From the NCBI GenBank assembly GCA_036725105.1, contig DAIMET010000003.1, forward strand, positions 13,461 through 77,460: a DNA stretch of 64,000 bases, written 5' to 3'. Below are positions 1 through 10,567 of this stretch, piece after piece (positions within the stretch are counted from its first letter, which is position 1; the number at the start of each line of letters is the position of its first letter). The position numbers were made by a program, and so were the translations under genes. The DNA comes from Calditrichota bacterium (GTDB lineage: Bacteria; Caldisericota; Caldisericia; UBA6126). Below the pieces are notes generated by a model that did not search any database, was not told the DNA's origin, and worked only from the letters and a program-made list of their open reading frames with translations.

Positions 1-422
1 GGATGGGCTCAGCTAAAGCTCTTTACATTTCTGGTAATCAAGCTGCTGGTGCCTTGTCGGAAAAACCTGATCTTTTTGGACGATTGTTTGTTTTAATGGC
101 TTTACCCGCCACTCAAGGACTTTATGGATTTGTACTTTGTTTTCTTGGAATGCAGCAAATGGGTTTAAGTACAGGACAAACATTGACTGTGCAAGCTGGT
201 CTTGCTTTATGTTTCGCCTTTATTTTTATTGGATTTGTACTTTACTTCTCTGCTATATATCAAGGAAAGAGTTCTGCAGCTGCTATTAATTTAACGGTCA
301 AACAACCGAATAAATCCGGTAGTGCTCTTCTTTTTCCAGCCTTAGTCGAAACATACGCTCTTTTAGCCTTTGTTGGGGGATTTTTACTGTTAACATTCAT
401 CCAAGGGTCTTCCATATTTTAA
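1..422 (+). CDS. ntpK: V-type ATP synthase proteolipid subunit K, 5'-truncated by the window edge
   Basis: The ORF is open to base 1. By eye it is colinear with the C-terminal two-thirds of Enterococcus hirae NtpK (GSAKA, LPATQGLYGF, IYQGK, ALVETYALLAF). It is the first gene of a K-E-C-F-A-B-D array. Confidence 0.9.
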   Translation, partial: MGSAKALYISGNQAAGALSEKPDLFGRLFVLMALPATQGLYGFVLCFLGMQQMGLSTGQTLTVQAGLALCFAFIFIGFVLYFSAIYQGKSSAAAINLTVKQPNKSGSALLFPALVETYALLAFVGGFLLLTFIQGSSIF

Positions 423-423
423 G

Positions 424-999
424 ATGAATATACAGAAGCTTAAAGAAGTAGTCACAAATCAAGCTAGAAAAGAAGCTAAAGAGCAAATCGATCAGACAAA
501 AAAAGACATTGAAATACAACTTGAAGAATTCATGAAAATTCTATCTGAGGATAGACAAAAGCAATTGAAAGAAGTTGAGGATACATTTCAAGCCTCAATG
601 CATCAAGCAGAATTCAATGTTGAGTCTCAGTTTAAAAAGAAAGTTTTACATACACGACATGATCTTCTCCAAAAACTGAAAAGCAAGCTCATGGAAGAAT
701 ATCTCTTATCCGTACAAAAAGATCCACTCGTGTTTTTAAAAAGTATAGTTGCTACATTTCCTCCTTCTGCTGACATATATTGCAGCAAGGAACTTGAAAC
801 TGCAATTACATCAAATGCGATCGCATCCGTTGGGTTACAAGGACCACAGTACAGATTCTGTGGTGTTGATCCATTACTTTCACCTGGTGTATCTTGTATT
901 TCAGATAAAGTTAAATACTTGTTCCTTTTAGAAGAAGAAATTGATAGCTACCTTGATAAACATCAAAAAGAATTTGGAGACCTTATTCTTCATGAATAA
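424..999 (+). CDS. ntpE: V-type ATP synthase subunit E (peripheral stalk)
   Basis: A 191-aa protein with a highly charged, coiled-coil-like N-terminus (KEAKEQIDQTKKDIEIQLEE). Its position between K and C fits the canonical operon. Confidence 0.8.
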   Translation: MNIQKLKEVVTNQARKEAKEQIDQTKKDIEIQLEEFMKILSEDRQKQLKEVEDTFQASMHQAEFNVESQFKKKVLHTRHDLLQKLKSKLMEEYLLSVQKDPLVFLKSIVATFPPSADIYCSKELETAITSNAIASVGLQGPQYRFCGVDPLLSPGVSCISDKVKYLFLLEEEIDSYLDKHQKEFGDLILHE

Positions 1000-1843
1000 A
1001 CCTTCAGTTATTAAAAATACTGTACCAGATTACGAATATGGCTACCTTTCTGCATATTTAAAATCAAGAGAGAGTCATTTTCTTTCTACAGAGAGCATTA
1101 CTTCTTTATATCGAAGTGTTACCTTAGAAGAAATTTTTCATCATTTGAGTCAAACCCGATATTCAACTATTCCTTTTACTTTGGATCCAAAAGACTTTGA
1201 GAATTATGCATGGAGTTTTTATTTTTCTGAAATGGAGGAGATAAAACCTGTATTACCAGAAAATTACATTCTGTTCTTTCTTGAACGGTTACATTCTGTG
1301 ATTTTTTCACAAGAAGAAATTTTCTCTTTTTTAGAAAATGAAGATTTCAATAAGCGTCTTTTAAGTTTCGTAACGTTAGCTGTAAATGGTACAGTTTATA
1401 CCAAAAAATTATCTTCCTATATTGTAGATCGATTCAATATGTTTGAATCAATTCGGAGAACTATCGAACCATCTTTTTCTACACACACCTACTATACAGG
1501 AGGAAACATTTCTGAAGATTCCTTGAACCGTCTTTTTGATAGCAATTTTGCTCAAATCGATCTTTCCTGGATTCAGACACAATGGATGGACTATATTGAA
1601 AAAGAAAAACCTGTAAAAGCTTATGATTTTACATTTATGTTTCGATTTGAAACCTATTGGTGGCAGCTTATTTGGAAGTTAATCAAAGAACCTTCGTATG
1701 AAAACACCGGATTGGATTACGTGATTTCGTATTTTGGCCATTTCATACTAGAAATCGAAATTTTAAAAAAATTGTACATTTGTACTCGGTATCAATTGCC
1801 CTGTACAAATTTAAAGGAGATCATTCTTCATGCAATCGGATAG
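992..1843 (+). CDS. ntpC: V-type ATP synthase subunit C
   Basis: Size and position are right for subunit C. I chose the ATG at 992, which forms an ATGAATAA overlap with the ntpE stop, rather than the longer ORF starting at 941. Confidence 0.7.
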   Translation: MNKPSVIKNTVPDYEYGYLSAYLKSRESHFLSTESITSLYRSVTLEEIFHHLSQTRYSTIPFTLDPKDFENYAWSFYFSEMEEIKPVLPENYILFFLERLHSVIFSQEEIFSFLENEDFNKRLLSFVTLAVNGTVYTKKLSSYIVDRFNMFESIRRTIEPSFSTHTYYTGGNISEDSLNRLFDSNFAQIDLSWIQTQWMDYIEKEKPVKAYDFTFMFRFETYWWQLIWKLIKEPSYENTGLDYVISYFGHFILEIEILKKLYICTRYQLPCTNLKEIILHAIG

Positions 1844-2177
1844 AATTAAAGGATGTGTGATTGGTGAACGAGATATTGTAAGAATTTTTTCTGCTTTCTC
1901 GTTTCATACGATTGCAGTGAACGACAAAAAACAGTTTAACCAAGAACTCCGACAAGAAATATTTGCCAAGAATTATCGTTTTTTTATTGTGACAGAGACA
2001 TTTATTCAACAAATATCCCCAGAAAATGAGTTACTGATTCAGGAGAATCATGTAATTGTCATATCCATCCCTACGAATACTGGATCTAGAGAAGCGGCAA
2101 TACAAAAGCTTTCCAACATGATTCGAAGAGCGGTGGGAATTGATATTGTTAAAACTGAAGGAGATTCCTATGAGTAA
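1830..2177 (+). CDS. ntpF: V-type ATP synthase subunit F
   Basis: A 115-aa protein between C and A. The N-terminal IKGCVIGERDIVRIF resembles the subunit F start. It overlaps the ntpC stop by 14 nt. Confidence 0.75.
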   Translation: MQSDRIKGCVIGERDIVRIFSAFSFHTIAVNDKKQFNQELRQEIFAKNYRFFIVTETFIQQISPENELLIQENHVIVISIPTNTGSREAAIQKLSNMIRRAVGIDIVKTEGDSYE

Positions 2178-3954
2178 TGAAAAACAACAAGGACGAATCG
2201 TCAGCATATCTGGCCCTCTTATCGTAGCTGAAAATTTACCTCAAGCACATATGATGGAAGTCGTCCGAATTGGTAATGAAAAACTCTTTGGAGAGATTAT
2301 TGAACTTCACAAAAATCTTGTGTATATACAATGCTATGAAGAAACTACCGGGTTGCGTCCTGGAGAACCTGTTTTGTCTTCTGGATATCCACTTTCTGTA
2401 ATTTTAGGACCTGGAATCATTGGTTCTATTTATGATGGAGTACAAAGGCCCTTAAACATTATCTACGATGAACATGGTGATTTTATTGCCAGAGGAATTG
2501 ATGTAGAACCCCTAAATTACATTAAAAAATGGGAATTTCATCCTATGCTAAAAAAGGGTGATTCTGTTCATCAGGGACAAAAAATTGGATGGGTGGAAGA
2601 AACACCAACCATCAAACACTATATCATGATACCACCTGGAATATCGGGCGTGATTGATCATATTCAAGAAGGTACATTTACTGTAAAAGACGAAGTGGCC
2701 ATTGTACGAGATAAAAGTAATAAAAATCACTCTATATCTATGCTTCAAGTATGGCCAGTTCGAACGAAACGACCTTTTGAGAAACGTATTGTACCAACAC
2801 AACCTTTGATTACTGGTCAACGAGTAATTGATATGTTTTTCCCTGTAGCAGAAGGTGGAACAGCTTGCGTCCCAGGACCTTTTGGTTCTGGAAAAACCGT
2901 TATTCAACACCAGCTAGCAAAATGGGCCTCTGCCGACATGATTGTTTATGTTGGATGCGGAGAGCGAGGAAATGAAATGACGGATGTCTTGATGGAGTTT
3001 CCTCATTTGAAAGACCCAAAAACCGGACGATCTTTGATGGAAAGAACAATTTTGATTGCCAATACATCCAATATGCCAGTTGCAGCACGGGAAGCTTCTG
3101 TTTATAGTGGCATCACCATCGCTGAATATTTCCGAGACATGGGATACAACGTTGCTATAATGGCTGACTCTACATCTCGATGGGCAGAAGCCATGCGAGA
3201 GATTTCAGGAAGACTGGAAGAAATGCCTGGTGAAGAAGGTTATCCTGCTTATTTATCCTCTCGTATTGCAGGTTTTTATGAACGTTCTGGTAAAGTCCAA
3301 ACACTAGGCGGAGATCATGGAAGTCTTTCTGTTATTGGAGCAGTTTCACCCCCGGGTGGTGACTTATCTGAACCAGTCGTACAGTCTACTCTTCGAGTTG
3401 TTAAGGTGTTCTGGTCCTTGGAAGCATCACTGGCTTATGCACGTCATTTTCCTGCCATTAATTGGCTTAATAGCTATTCCTTATATTCCAACCTTACTGA
3501 TTCTTATTTCCAAAAACAAATTAATGAAAAATGGCCCAAATATCGAATTCAGGCAATGAGTTTGCTTCAAAAAGAAAGTGAATTGAATGAAATCGTTCGA
3601 CTTGTTGGAACCGATGCCCTTTCCGAAACCGAAAAACTTGTGATGGAAATTGCAAAATCAATTCGTGAGGATTTTCTTCATCAAAATGCCTTTGATGACG
3701 TTGATACATTCACAAGTGGTATGAAGCAGTACTATATGATACAAAATATCATCAAAATGTACGAAGAGTCCCTTTCTCAGCTTAAGTTACATAAAACACT
3801 AAAAGTGGCTGATATTATGAAGTTGCCAGTGCGTGCTTCGATCGCTCGAGTAAAATATATTCCCGAAGAGGAACTCCAAAAATGTGATTTAACTTCTCAG
3901 ATTAAATCAGCTATTGAGCAATTGTCTTCTACCTTGGAGGAATCGAATGATTAA
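2170..3954 (+). CDS. ntpA: V-type ATP synthase catalytic subunit A
   Basis: Walker A GPFGSGKT is present, along with the long conserved blocks [38 protein letters not shown] and [10 protein letters not shown]. The ATG at 2170 overlaps the ntpF stop. Confidence 0.97.
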   Translation: MSNEKQQGRIVSISGPLIVAENLPQAHMMEVVRIGNEKLFGEIIELHKNLVYIQCYEETTGLRPGEPVLSSGYPLSVILGPGIIGSIYDGVQRPLNIIYDEHGDFIARGIDVEPLNYIKKWEFHPMLKKGDSVHQGQKIGWVEETPTIKHYIMIPPGISGVIDHIQEGTFTVKDEVAIVRDKSNKNHSISMLQVWPVRTKRPFEKRIVPTQPLITGQRVIDMFFPVAEGGTACVPGPFGSGKTVIQHQLAKWASADMIVYVGCGERGNEMTDVLMEFPHLKDPKTGRSLMERTILIANTSNMPVAAREASVYSGITIAEYFRDMGYNVAIMADSTSRWAEAMREISGRLEEMPGEEGYPAYLSSRIAGFYERSGKVQTLGGDHGSLSVIGAVSPPGGDLSEPVVQSTLRVVKVFWSLEASLAYARHFPAINWLNSYSLYSNLTDSYFQKQINEKWPKYRIQAMSLLQKESELNEIVRLVGTDALSETEKLVMEIAKSIREDFLHQNAFDDVDTFTSGMKQYYMIQNIIKMYEESLSQLKLHKTLKVADIMKLPVRASIARVKYIPEEELQKCDLTSQIKSAIEQLSSTLEESND

Positions 3955-5323
3955 AGAGTATAGAACTTTATCGGATGTTGCAGGACCTATCATCATTGTT
4001 GATGGACTAGAAGGTTGTAGCTATGGTGAATTGGTTGAGATTTACCTCCCTGATGGTACTATGCGTCATGGCGAAGTCCTAAAGGCTGAAGAACACAAAG
4101 CTCTAGTTCAAATGTTTGAAGGAACTGAAAACCTAAACATACAATCTACTCGAATTCGATTCAGTGGCAAACCATCAGAAATAAGTCTATCCCCCGATAT
4201 TATTGGGCGTGTTTTTAGTGGTTTAGGAAAACCTATTGATGATGGTGGAAAGATTATTGCACAAGTTACCAGATCTACAATTGGTGAACCAATCAACCCC
4301 TACGCTCGTGATTATCCTTCAGAATTTATTCAAACAGGAATATCTGGAATTGATGGACTGAACACGCTTGTCCGTGGTCAAAAATTACCAATTTTTTCAG
4401 GTGCAGGATTACCTCATAATGAACTAGCTCTTCAGATTGCACGACAAGCTAAGGTTTTAAAAAAGAGCGATCAATTTGCTGTTGTTTTTGGTGCAATGGG
4501 CGTTACATTTGATGAGTCTAACGAATTTGTTAGTTCTCTGCGGGAAAGCGGAGCAATAGAACGTTCAGTGATGTTTATCAACCTAGCTAATGATCCTGTT
4601 ATTGAAAGATTAGCTGTTCCCAAGTATGCATTAACGACAGCTGAATATCTTGCTTTCGAGCTGGGCTATCATGTATTGGTTATTTTAACAGACATGACGA
4701 ATTACTGTGAGGCATTGCGTGAAGTTTCAGCCGCAAGAAAAGAAATACCAGGTCGAAGAGGCTATCCTGGATACATGTATACAGATTTAGCTACTATTTA
4801 TGAACGTTGTGGTAGAATTAAAAACAAAGATGGTTCCATTACAATGATGCCTATTCTCTCCATGCCCGATGATGACAAAACACACCCAATTCCTGATCTA
4901 ACCGGATACATTACCGAGGGTCAAATTTTCGTTTCAAGATCTTTATATGCAAAGGGATTTTATCCTGCCATTGACGTTCTACCCTCCTTATCCCGATTAA
5001 AAGATAAAGGAATTGGTAAAGACAAAACACGTGAAGATCATGCCAATTTAATGAACCAATTATTCGCAGCTTATGCACATGGCCGGGAAGTACAAGAATT
5101 GGCTGTTATCCTTGGTGAAAGTGCTTTAAGCGAAATTGATCAGCTTTATATCAAATTTGCCAATGAATTTGAAGAACGATACGTAAAACAAAACACTCGA
5201 GAAGATCGAACAATTGAAGAAACACTGAATTTGGGGTGGGAACTATTACGAATTCTACCCGAAACAGAAATGACTCGAGTTAGTGATGCATTTATTGAAA
5301 AATACTATAAGAAAAGGCGGTAA
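3947..5323 (+). CDS. ntpB: V-type ATP synthase subunit B
   Basis: Conserved blocks [37 protein letters not shown] and PSLSRL are present. The ATG at 3947 forms an ATGATTAA overlap with the ntpA stop. Confidence 0.97.
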   Translation: MIKEYRTLSDVAGPIIIVDGLEGCSYGELVEIYLPDGTMRHGEVLKAEEHKALVQMFEGTENLNIQSTRIRFSGKPSEISLSPDIIGRVFSGLGKPIDDGGKIIAQVTRSTIGEPINPYARDYPSEFIQTGISGIDGLNTLVRGQKLPIFSGAGLPHNELALQIARQAKVLKKSDQFAVVFGAMGVTFDESNEFVSSLRESGAIERSVMFINLANDPVIERLAVPKYALTTAEYLAFELGYHVLVILTDMTNYCEALREVSAARKEIPGRRGYPGYMYTDLATIYERCGRIKNKDGSITMMPILSMPDDDKTHPIPDLTGYITEGQIFVSRSLYAKGFYPAIDVLPSLSRLKDKGIGKDKTREDHANLMNQLFAAYAHGREVQELAVILGESALSEIDQLYIKFANEFEERYVKQNTREDRTIEETLNLGWELLRILPETEMTRVSDAFIEKYYKKRR

Positions 5324-5326
5324 AGT

Positions 5327-5956
5327 GTGGCTCAACGCGTAAGTCCTACTCGAATGAAGCTGTTGGAAACCCGAAAAAGGCACAAAACAGCAAAAAGAGG
5401 ACACAAACTTTTAAAAGAAAAATTAGAAGCTCTCGCTAGAGAACTCGTTGAATTAGCCAAAGAATTTGAAAAACAAGAAAAAAAAGTTGGAGATCGACTT
5501 CCTCAGATTTTAGAGCAATTCTTGATTCTTCGAACAACTGTAACCGATGAAGAAATGAGAAATATCGTTTCCGATTATCCCGCTGAGTTTTCTCTTACAA
5601 TGTCACAAAAAAATGTGATGAACATTGTATTGCCTGAATTTCATATCCATCATATTCATCCATCCAAACCTGTGTTTAGCGAATGTGGTCTAAATCCAGC
5701 TTTTGACATTGTTTTACGTGAATTTGATCGGATTCTAGATGATCTACTAAAGCTGGCAGAGTTAGAATTTTCCATTTATGAAATTGCTCGTATTGTTGAA
5801 ATGACAAAACGTCGTGTGAATGCACTGGAATACGTGTTAGTCCCAGAATTAGAATCTACAATTAAATATATTACGTCCAAGCTTGAAGAAAATGAGCGAT
5901 CCACTACAATTAGGTTGATGAAAATTAAAGACATCCTAAGTAAACGTTCCTATTAA
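5327..5956 (+). CDS. ntpD: V-type ATP synthase subunit D (central stalk)
   Basis: GTG start. The N-terminus VSPTRMKLLETRKRHKTAKRGHKLLKEK and the C-terminal KRRVNALEYVLVPEL are typical of subunit D. Confidence 0.9.
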   Translation: MAQRVSPTRMKLLETRKRHKTAKRGHKLLKEKLEALARELVELAKEFEKQEKKVGDRLPQILEQFLILRTTVTDEEMRNIVSDYPAEFSLTMSQKNVMNIVLPEFHIHHIHPSKPVFSECGLNPAFDIVLREFDRILDDLLKLAELEFSIYEIARIVEMTKRRVNALEYVLVPELESTIKYITSKLEENERSTTIRLMKIKDILSKRSY

Positions 5957-5998
5957 CATTTCCTTAGTAAATACCCAGTTAGAAGGTGGTTTTAACTC

Positions 5999-6796
5999 AT
6001 GAAAAATCAGATGAAACTGCACACATTTATCATGCAGTGCAATATTGGATCCCGACGGAAATGCGATGAGTTTATTCGTTCTGGGTATATCTATGTGAAT
6101 GGTCAAATTGTTGTAAAACCTGAGCATTTAATTGATCCGCAGGTTGATATCGTTTCATTTAAAGAAAAAAGAATTCAACCCGATACCACTCTGTATTACT
6201 TTCTGTTTTACAAACCTCTGAAAACTGTTACCACTACATCGGATCCTGAAAAAAGAAGAACAGTGATGGACTTTTTCCCAAAACATCTTCCCATCTTCCC
6301 TGTCGGTCGATTGGATTACGATTCAGAGGGCCTTGTGATCATGACAAATGATGGTGAGTTAGCCCATAAAATCACCCACCCAAGGCACCATATTCCTAAA
6401 ACCTATATTGTCAGAGTTAAGGGAGCTCCTGAGCTGAAGGTTATTGAGCGACTTCGTAAAGGGATATTTATGGATGGGTATCGTTCAAAGCCTGCATATA
6501 TAAGACTGTTAAATAAAAACAGACAATCGGCAGTATATGAAGTTGTCTTAGAAGAGGGCAAAAACCATCAGATACGAAATATGTTCCTTTATATGGGACA
6601 TCCAGTAATCGACTTAAAAAGAGTTGCGATTGGAACATTGAAAATTGATGCACTAAAACCTGGTCAATACAGAGTTATAACAAAAAAAGAAATGCAACAA
6701 CTATTTCAAAAATCCTTGTCAGTAAAACAAAGAATTGAGAAAAAAAGAGCTATACGAGAGCACAAAAAAGAGCAATCAAGCCAACACCTTAATTAG
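5999..6796 (+). CDS. RsuA/RluB-family rRNA pseudouridine synthase (S4 domain plus catalytic domain)
   Basis: An S4-like N-terminus (GSRRKCDEFIRSGYIYVNGQIV), the catalytic GRLDYDSEGL motif, and GKNHQIRNMF are present. The true start may be the ATG at 6011. Confidence 0.88.
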   Translation: MKNQMKLHTFIMQCNIGSRRKCDEFIRSGYIYVNGQIVVKPEHLIDPQVDIVSFKEKRIQPDTTLYYFLFYKPLKTVTTTSDPEKRRTVMDFFPKHLPIFPVGRLDYDSEGLVIMTNDGELAHKITHPRHHIPKTYIVRVKGAPELKVIERLRKGIFMDGYRSKPAYIRLLNKNRQSAVYEVVLEEGKNHQIRNMFLYMGHPVIDLKRVAIGTLKIDALKPGQYRVITKKEMQQLFQKSLSVKQRIEKKRAIREHKKEQSSQHLN

Positions 6797-9700
6797 GAAG
6801 TTCTTTCCCAATTAAATACAGATCTTTCAGGTTGATTTTATCATCTTGGAAACAGTCAAATATCGGATTCCACGTATTATCTTTACTTGTCTTACCAAGG
6901 TTTTGTTGAAACATTAAACGATCTTCTTCATCAATCGTTCCATTTTCGTTAAAATCACCTAAAAGGAATTCTTCATCAAGGATTACAGTTGGATGGATGT
7001 GCTTTTTCAAAATATCAGATGGATATTGATACGGTAGAGTACCTTGAATGATGAAACTGGGAATATGATCTTTGCCATTGGGGACGGATTGTAAGAAAAG
7101 CTGTGCATATGAAATTGGTTGAGAAGAAGCATTTCTTTGATGATGGATCAAACGAACGGTGTTCGTTCCTTTTTGAACTTCTACTGCTCCTTGTTTTTCA
7201 TCAAAGCCAGTAATTTTTATCCAAGGGTCGAATGTTATAAATACATCAAAAAGACCTTCATAAGCATTGTGGAGTTTGATTTCCAGTTCAAATATTTCAC
7301 CAGCTCGAACTTTTTTTGGAGTACATATCTCGAGAAATGGGTAGGGAGGAAGATTAGAATTCTGTATTGAAAATGGTAATGGATCACTTTCTAGAATTCT
7401 AGTATTCGTTTCTACTTTTCGATATGTTTCTTTATCGTTCTGAACGGTTGTGTGATAGATCTCTTCGTAATATGGGATAACAATTCTGAAATAATAAGAA
7501 CCATCAGGCAAGAAAGGTTGTTTGTAGATGTTATATCCATCCCAAAAAAACGTGTAACGACCAATTGGAATGGTTTCTCCGAAGTGAATAGTATGAACTT
7601 GGTTTCCGTATTCATCATAAATGTAAAGGAAGACTTGTTCTGCATAGTTTCTGGTTTTATCAATACTTCGTGAAACAGAACCATCTTCTTTAACAAATAT
7701 TGAACGAGTAATTGTACCAGAGTTCAACTGAAAAGATAGAAATCCAAAGTTGTCTTTATTCATGTGGAAAGTATCAACCGATAATGAGATATCAGAGATT
7801 GGAGGCTTAATAGTCTTTATACTGCTCTTGGAGACCATGAAAGGAATGTGAAGTCGAGATGATGGATTGGGATTATGTTCGTCAGGAAGGATTTCAATCC
7901 AAACAACACCTTCCATGAAGTCTGGAAGATTTTCTTTGTTGGGGTACAACCAACATTGTATGGTTTCAGTGGAATGAGGATCAATTGTAACGTAGGGTTT
8001 ATCAAATACTGCGATGTAGCCATCCGCAAAATCTTGGTGAGATAGAATTTCCGATGATAAGCGTCCTGAAATTGTTTGGGTAGATGTATTTTTAATATGA
8101 ATATCTACTGGATCCTGGATGCTTTCAGATTTCATCATAATGGAGGGTGGTGTCGCTATCAACGAAGATTCCATAGCTGCTTGAAGGTCGATTTGACCTG
8201 CACCTTGATACAAAAAAGAAAAAGGAGTATTTGTGAGAGGATTTTTTAACAACGAGGATGTGTTCATCATTAAAGCAGTGATTTCGTCGATGGATAAGGA
8301 CGGATTGGCATATCGTAGAATGGCAGCACATCCGGCAATAACAGGTGTGGCCATAGATGTACCTTGTTTTTTACCCCACATAGGAACGGGATCTTCTGGT
8401 TTAAAAGAAGGGACAGCTGAATAGATAGAAGTACCTGGTGCTGTGATTTCTGGTTTGAAATATCCTTCATCTCCTGAGAAACAAGGACCTGCTGAGGTAT
8501 ATGAAGATATCAACGATGTTTTTGGTTCAAAAGAGATATAACCAAATCCGTCAATAATTCCTTGAAGTGTTTCTTCCATTTTGGCACTTACCATCATGCA
8601 TGGTAAAAAATCATATTTATTTGGATCTGCAATGCCTTCTACCACAAGTGATGGGCTAAAACTTCGATCTTCGTAATTGAATATGATGCATGCTTTTGCA
8701 CCTGCCTCCTTGGCGTTTAAATTCTTTTCAAAAAATGTAATTCCATTGTCTTTAGGACCTCTTTGTATGAATGCTATTTTTCCTTGTAAATCAGTCTGAT
8801 TGCATTCATCTTTAGATCCAAAACCACAATACACAATATCAAGACCGTCTAGATCAGATGTAAAAGGAGGAGAAAATCGAGAAGATTGGCCAAAGAAAGT
8901 TGTCTGATGAATGGGTGTATGGATGGTAAAGGGTTGCATCAGTCGGTCATCAGAAGCAGCTACTTGCAGAATTGAAGAAAAAACTCCCGGAGCATCGATA
9001 GGCCATGCATTGTATTCGGTTCTACTACCACCATTGCCAGCTGCTGCTACTATCATTACACCGCTCTTTTTTGTTGCTTGAAAAGCGTCATAATAAGGGC
9101 TATCATCTGCAATAGAGGGATTTTCACCAGGGTGACCCAGAGATAGGTTGATTACAGAGCATTGATCACGAACTGCATACTCGCAAGCAGTTATAAGGGT
9201 ATACGAAGGAGCTCCCCCACTATGGTTAGAGGGGAATACTTTGTACGCATATAAAGTTGCATCTGGACAAATACCATGTAGCGAAATTGAAGTAGGATTG
9301 TTTGCAGCTGCAATACCAGCCACATGAGTACCGTGTCCTCCAGTGAAAGGAGAATCGTCAATAGGATCAGGATCCCCTGGTGTTTCTTTCTCAAGGTCTT
9401 CTTCAGGAAAATAACAATCCCAACCCCCCGCAACTTTTGATTCATCTGTAGAGAAACCAGTAGGATAAAAATCAGGATGTTGATAATCAATTCCTGAATC
9501 TACTATTCCTAAACGAATATCTGGATTGGGTTTAATAAGAGTTTCTTGATACGATTTTAAAGAGGGTATATCATTTCGTCCTATGGTTTGAATTGTAATA
9601 TCTCGAACCGGGTAAAACAGTTTGTCATCTAGGAATACTTTTTCTACGTGTGGATTTTTAGCAATAAAAGGAATTGTGTATCCAGGAATAGAAACAGCAA

Positions 9701-10073
9701 AGCCATTAAAAACGTATTGCCAGGAACCAAGTAGTTTTGCACTTTTTGTTTCGAGAAGGGAGTCAACAACTTGCTTTTGATCGTTTTCTAGCTTCTTCAT
9801 ATAATGTCCTTCGTTCCATTTTGAAAGCGTATTGTTGGAAAGAAGAGTACGAAGAGAGTATCTTTTTTCAACGACTGAAAGTCCCCTGCATTTTACTATA
9901 ACTGTAATAGGTGTTGATGCAGAGAGTAAATCAGTATTGACGGAAGTAAAATTGGAAATTTTCTCAATGTAGGACGGAGAAAATGCCCAAAAAGAACCAA
10001 CTGGTTTAATGGGTACAAAAAAAACCGTGAAAACTATTGCTACAACAACGAATTTAATAAAAGCGAGTTTCAT
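6789..10073 (-). CDS. Secreted S8 subtilisin-like serine protease with a PA-domain insert, FlgD-Ig-like domain and C-terminal dockerin-like module
   Basis: There is an N-terminal signal/anchor. The catalytic triad blocks are GIVDSGIDY (Asp), HGTHVAGIAAA (His) and GTSMATPVIAG (Ser). A PA-like block LQGKIAFIQRG is present. The C-terminus carries GDFNENGTIDEEDRLMF followed by DDKINLKDLYLIG. Confidence 0.92.
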   Translation of the reverse strand: MKLAFIKFVVVAIVFTVFFVPIKPVGSFWAFSPSYIEKISNFTSVNTDLLSASTPITVIVKCRGLSVVEKRYSLRTLLSNNTLSKWNEGHYMKKLENDQKQVVDSLLETKSAKLLGSWQYVFNGFAVSIPGYTIPFIAKNPHVEKVFLDDKLFYPVRDITIQTIGRNDIPSLKSYQETLIKPNPDIRLGIVDSGIDYQHPDFYPTGFSTDESKVAGGWDCYFPEEDLEKETPGDPDPIDDSPFTGGHGTHVAGIAAANNPTSISLHGICPDATLYAYKVFPSNHSGGAPSYTLITACEYAVRDQCSVINLSLGHPGENPSIADDSPYYDAFQATKKSGVMIVAAAGNGGSRTEYNAWPIDAPGVFSSILQVAASDDRLMQPFTIHTPIHQTTFFGQSSRFSPPFTSDLDGLDIVYCGFGSKDECNQTDLQGKIAFIQRGPKDNGITFFEKNLNAKEAGAKACIIFNYEDRSFSPSLVVEGIADPNKYDFLPCMMVSAKMEETLQGIIDGFGYISFEPKTSLISSYTSAGPCFSGDEGYFKPEITAPGTSIYSAVPSFKPEDPVPMWGKKQGTSMATPVIAGCAAILRYANPSLSIDEITALMMNTSSLLKNPLTNTPFSFLYQGAGQIDLQAAMESSLIATPPSIMMKSESIQDPVDIHIKNTSTQTISGRLSSEILSHQDFADGYIAVFDKPYVTIDPHSTETIQCWLYPNKENLPDFMEGVVWIEILPDEHNPNPSSRLHIPFMVSKSSIKTIKPPISDISLSVDTFHMNKDNFGFLSFQLNSGTITRSIFVKEDGSVSRSIDKTRNYAEQVFLYIYDEYGNQVHTIHFGETIPIGRYTFFWDGYNIYKQPFLPDGSYYFRIVIPYYEEIYHTTVQNDKETYRKVETNTRILESDPLPFSIQNSNLPPYPFLEICTPKKVRAGEIFELEIKLHNAYEGLFDVFITFDPWIKITGFDEKQGAVEVQKGTNTVRLIHHQRNASSQPISYAQLFLQSVPNGKDHIPSFIIQGTLPYQYPSDILKKHIHPTVILDEEFLLGDFNENGTIDEEDRLMFQQNLGKTSKDNTWNPIFDCFQDDKINLKDLYLIGKELPN

Positions 10074-10123
10074 AGTTCACCCCATTCGGTTTATTTTTAT
10101 CAATTTCAATATACAATAGTTTT

Positions 10124-10567
10124 ATGAGATTTGAAAAATCTTGCGGCGTTATTATTTATCGTTTTGATAAAAAAAGAGTCCTTTATTTGATTGTTCGTTA
10201 CAGTGCTTTTTCTCGATATTGGGGTCTAGTAAAGGGTCATGTCGAAGCAGAAGAAACCGAACTACAAACTGCAAAAAGAGAAGTTTACGAAGAAGTTGGG
10301 TTTCAAAATATCCAAATTGCTTCTGGTTTTCGTGAAACAATTAGTTACAGTCCATATCCTGATTGCTTAAAAGATGTTGTATTCTTTCTAGGTACAACAA
10401 ATGAATACAAAGTACGTTTCATATTCAAAGAACATGATAAGTCTCTCTGGATACCAATAGAAGATGCCTTTACTCACCTTAAGCATGGTAACGATCGTTT
10501 TGTATTACATCGCGCTGAGTTGTTTATTCAAAATAATTTTTTAGATGGAGGTACACATGGCTACTAA
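10124..10567 (+). CDS. NUDIX hydrolase (Ap4A-hydrolase-like)
   Basis: A perfect NUDIX box Gx5Ex7REUxEExGU is present: GHVEAEETELQTAKREVYEEVGF. Confidence 0.9.
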   Translation: MRFEKSCGVIIYRFDKKRVLYLIVRYSAFSRYWGLVKGHVEAEETELQTAKREVYEEVGFQNIQIASGFRETISYSPYPDCLKDVVFFLGTTNEYKVRFIFKEHDKSLWIPIEDAFTHLKHGNDRFVLHRAELFIQNNFLDGGTHGY

